Shown here: in pieces, positions 63,927 through 64,000 of the stretch
How positions within the stretch are numbered: the stretch's first letter is position 1
How the letters are laid out: every line of letters starts with the position of its first letter
Notes under the pieces: model-generated
Told to the model about the DNA's origin: nothing
The model's input: the letters and a program-made list of their open reading frames with translations, nothing else
Databases searched by the model: none
Made by a program: the position numbers and the translations under genes
Origin: an uncultured bacterium
Lineage (GTDB): Bacteria; Acidobacteriota; Thermoanaerobaculia; Multivoradales; J023
Length of the DNA stretch: 64,000 nucleotides
Assembly: GCA_965366625.1 (NCBI GenBank)
Contig: CBDUGP010000038.1
Location: 4,239 to 68,238, forward strand
Reading direction: 5' to 3'

Positions 63927-64000
63927 GGTAAAGCTGGTGGCTCCGGGTTTTGGTGGGCCGAAGTCGAACCAGGGTTCTGCCCGGAGGCCCCGTCGGAGAC

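Noticed and set aside
1-64000. CRISPR array
   Set aside because: All repeats found are contiguous tandem units without unique spacers and are shorter or less regular than CRISPR repeats; no cas genes

Overview
This is a high-GC bacterial chromosomal segment with the overlapping antisense ORFs typical of such DNA. I found no rRNA, CRISPR array, transposase or integrase, and about 45 protein genes plus one tRNA-Glu(UUC). Housekeeping genes are clearly recognisable: an LptF/G permease, metK, a TrmH methyltransferase, menB, plsC, a NUDIX hydrolase, an MtaB/MiaB-type methylthiotransferase and an MscS channel. Between them sit several accessory or signalling loci that deserve a second look.

- **Candidate defence gene.** An 854-aa protein (13760-16324) carries an N-terminal TIR-like domain, a canonical TIR domain (FLSHAKGD...YWCREEI) and a ~480-aa C-terminal region of unknown function.
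- **Clan-CD protease gene cluster.** A co-directional minus-strand run (53185-63926) encodes an ECF sigma factor, a membrane anti-sigma factor, a TPR-CHAT protease, a small acidic protein and a putative Cys-protease-like protein. Immediately upstream lie a caspase(C14)+DUF4384-like protein, a CsgG/LpoB-like lipoprotein and a protein with three internal repeats.
- **tRNA-modification and DUF module cluster.** Another minus-strand run encodes an Elp3 homologue, an orphan FabF-like ketosynthase with a large insertion, a DUF2868/DUF3482(GTPase) membrane pair and MtaB. A Trm9-like methyltransferase lies divergent to Elp3.
- **Other notable genes.** A PilZ-TM-AMIN protein rich in tandem peptide repeats; a DHH-like domain fused to a CPBP intramembrane protease next to tRNA-Glu; a frameshifted cytokinin-dehydrogenase-like FAD oxidase; a 5-heme cytochrome c with TPRs; and an isoprenoid synthase translationally coupled to a 7TM hybrid kinase.
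- **Tandem repeats.** Short tandem repeats (12-27 bp units, 2-5 copies) are unusually frequent. Many sit in-frame inside CDSs and others at gene junctions.

All calls rest on motif recognition by eye and on gene context. No database searches were run.
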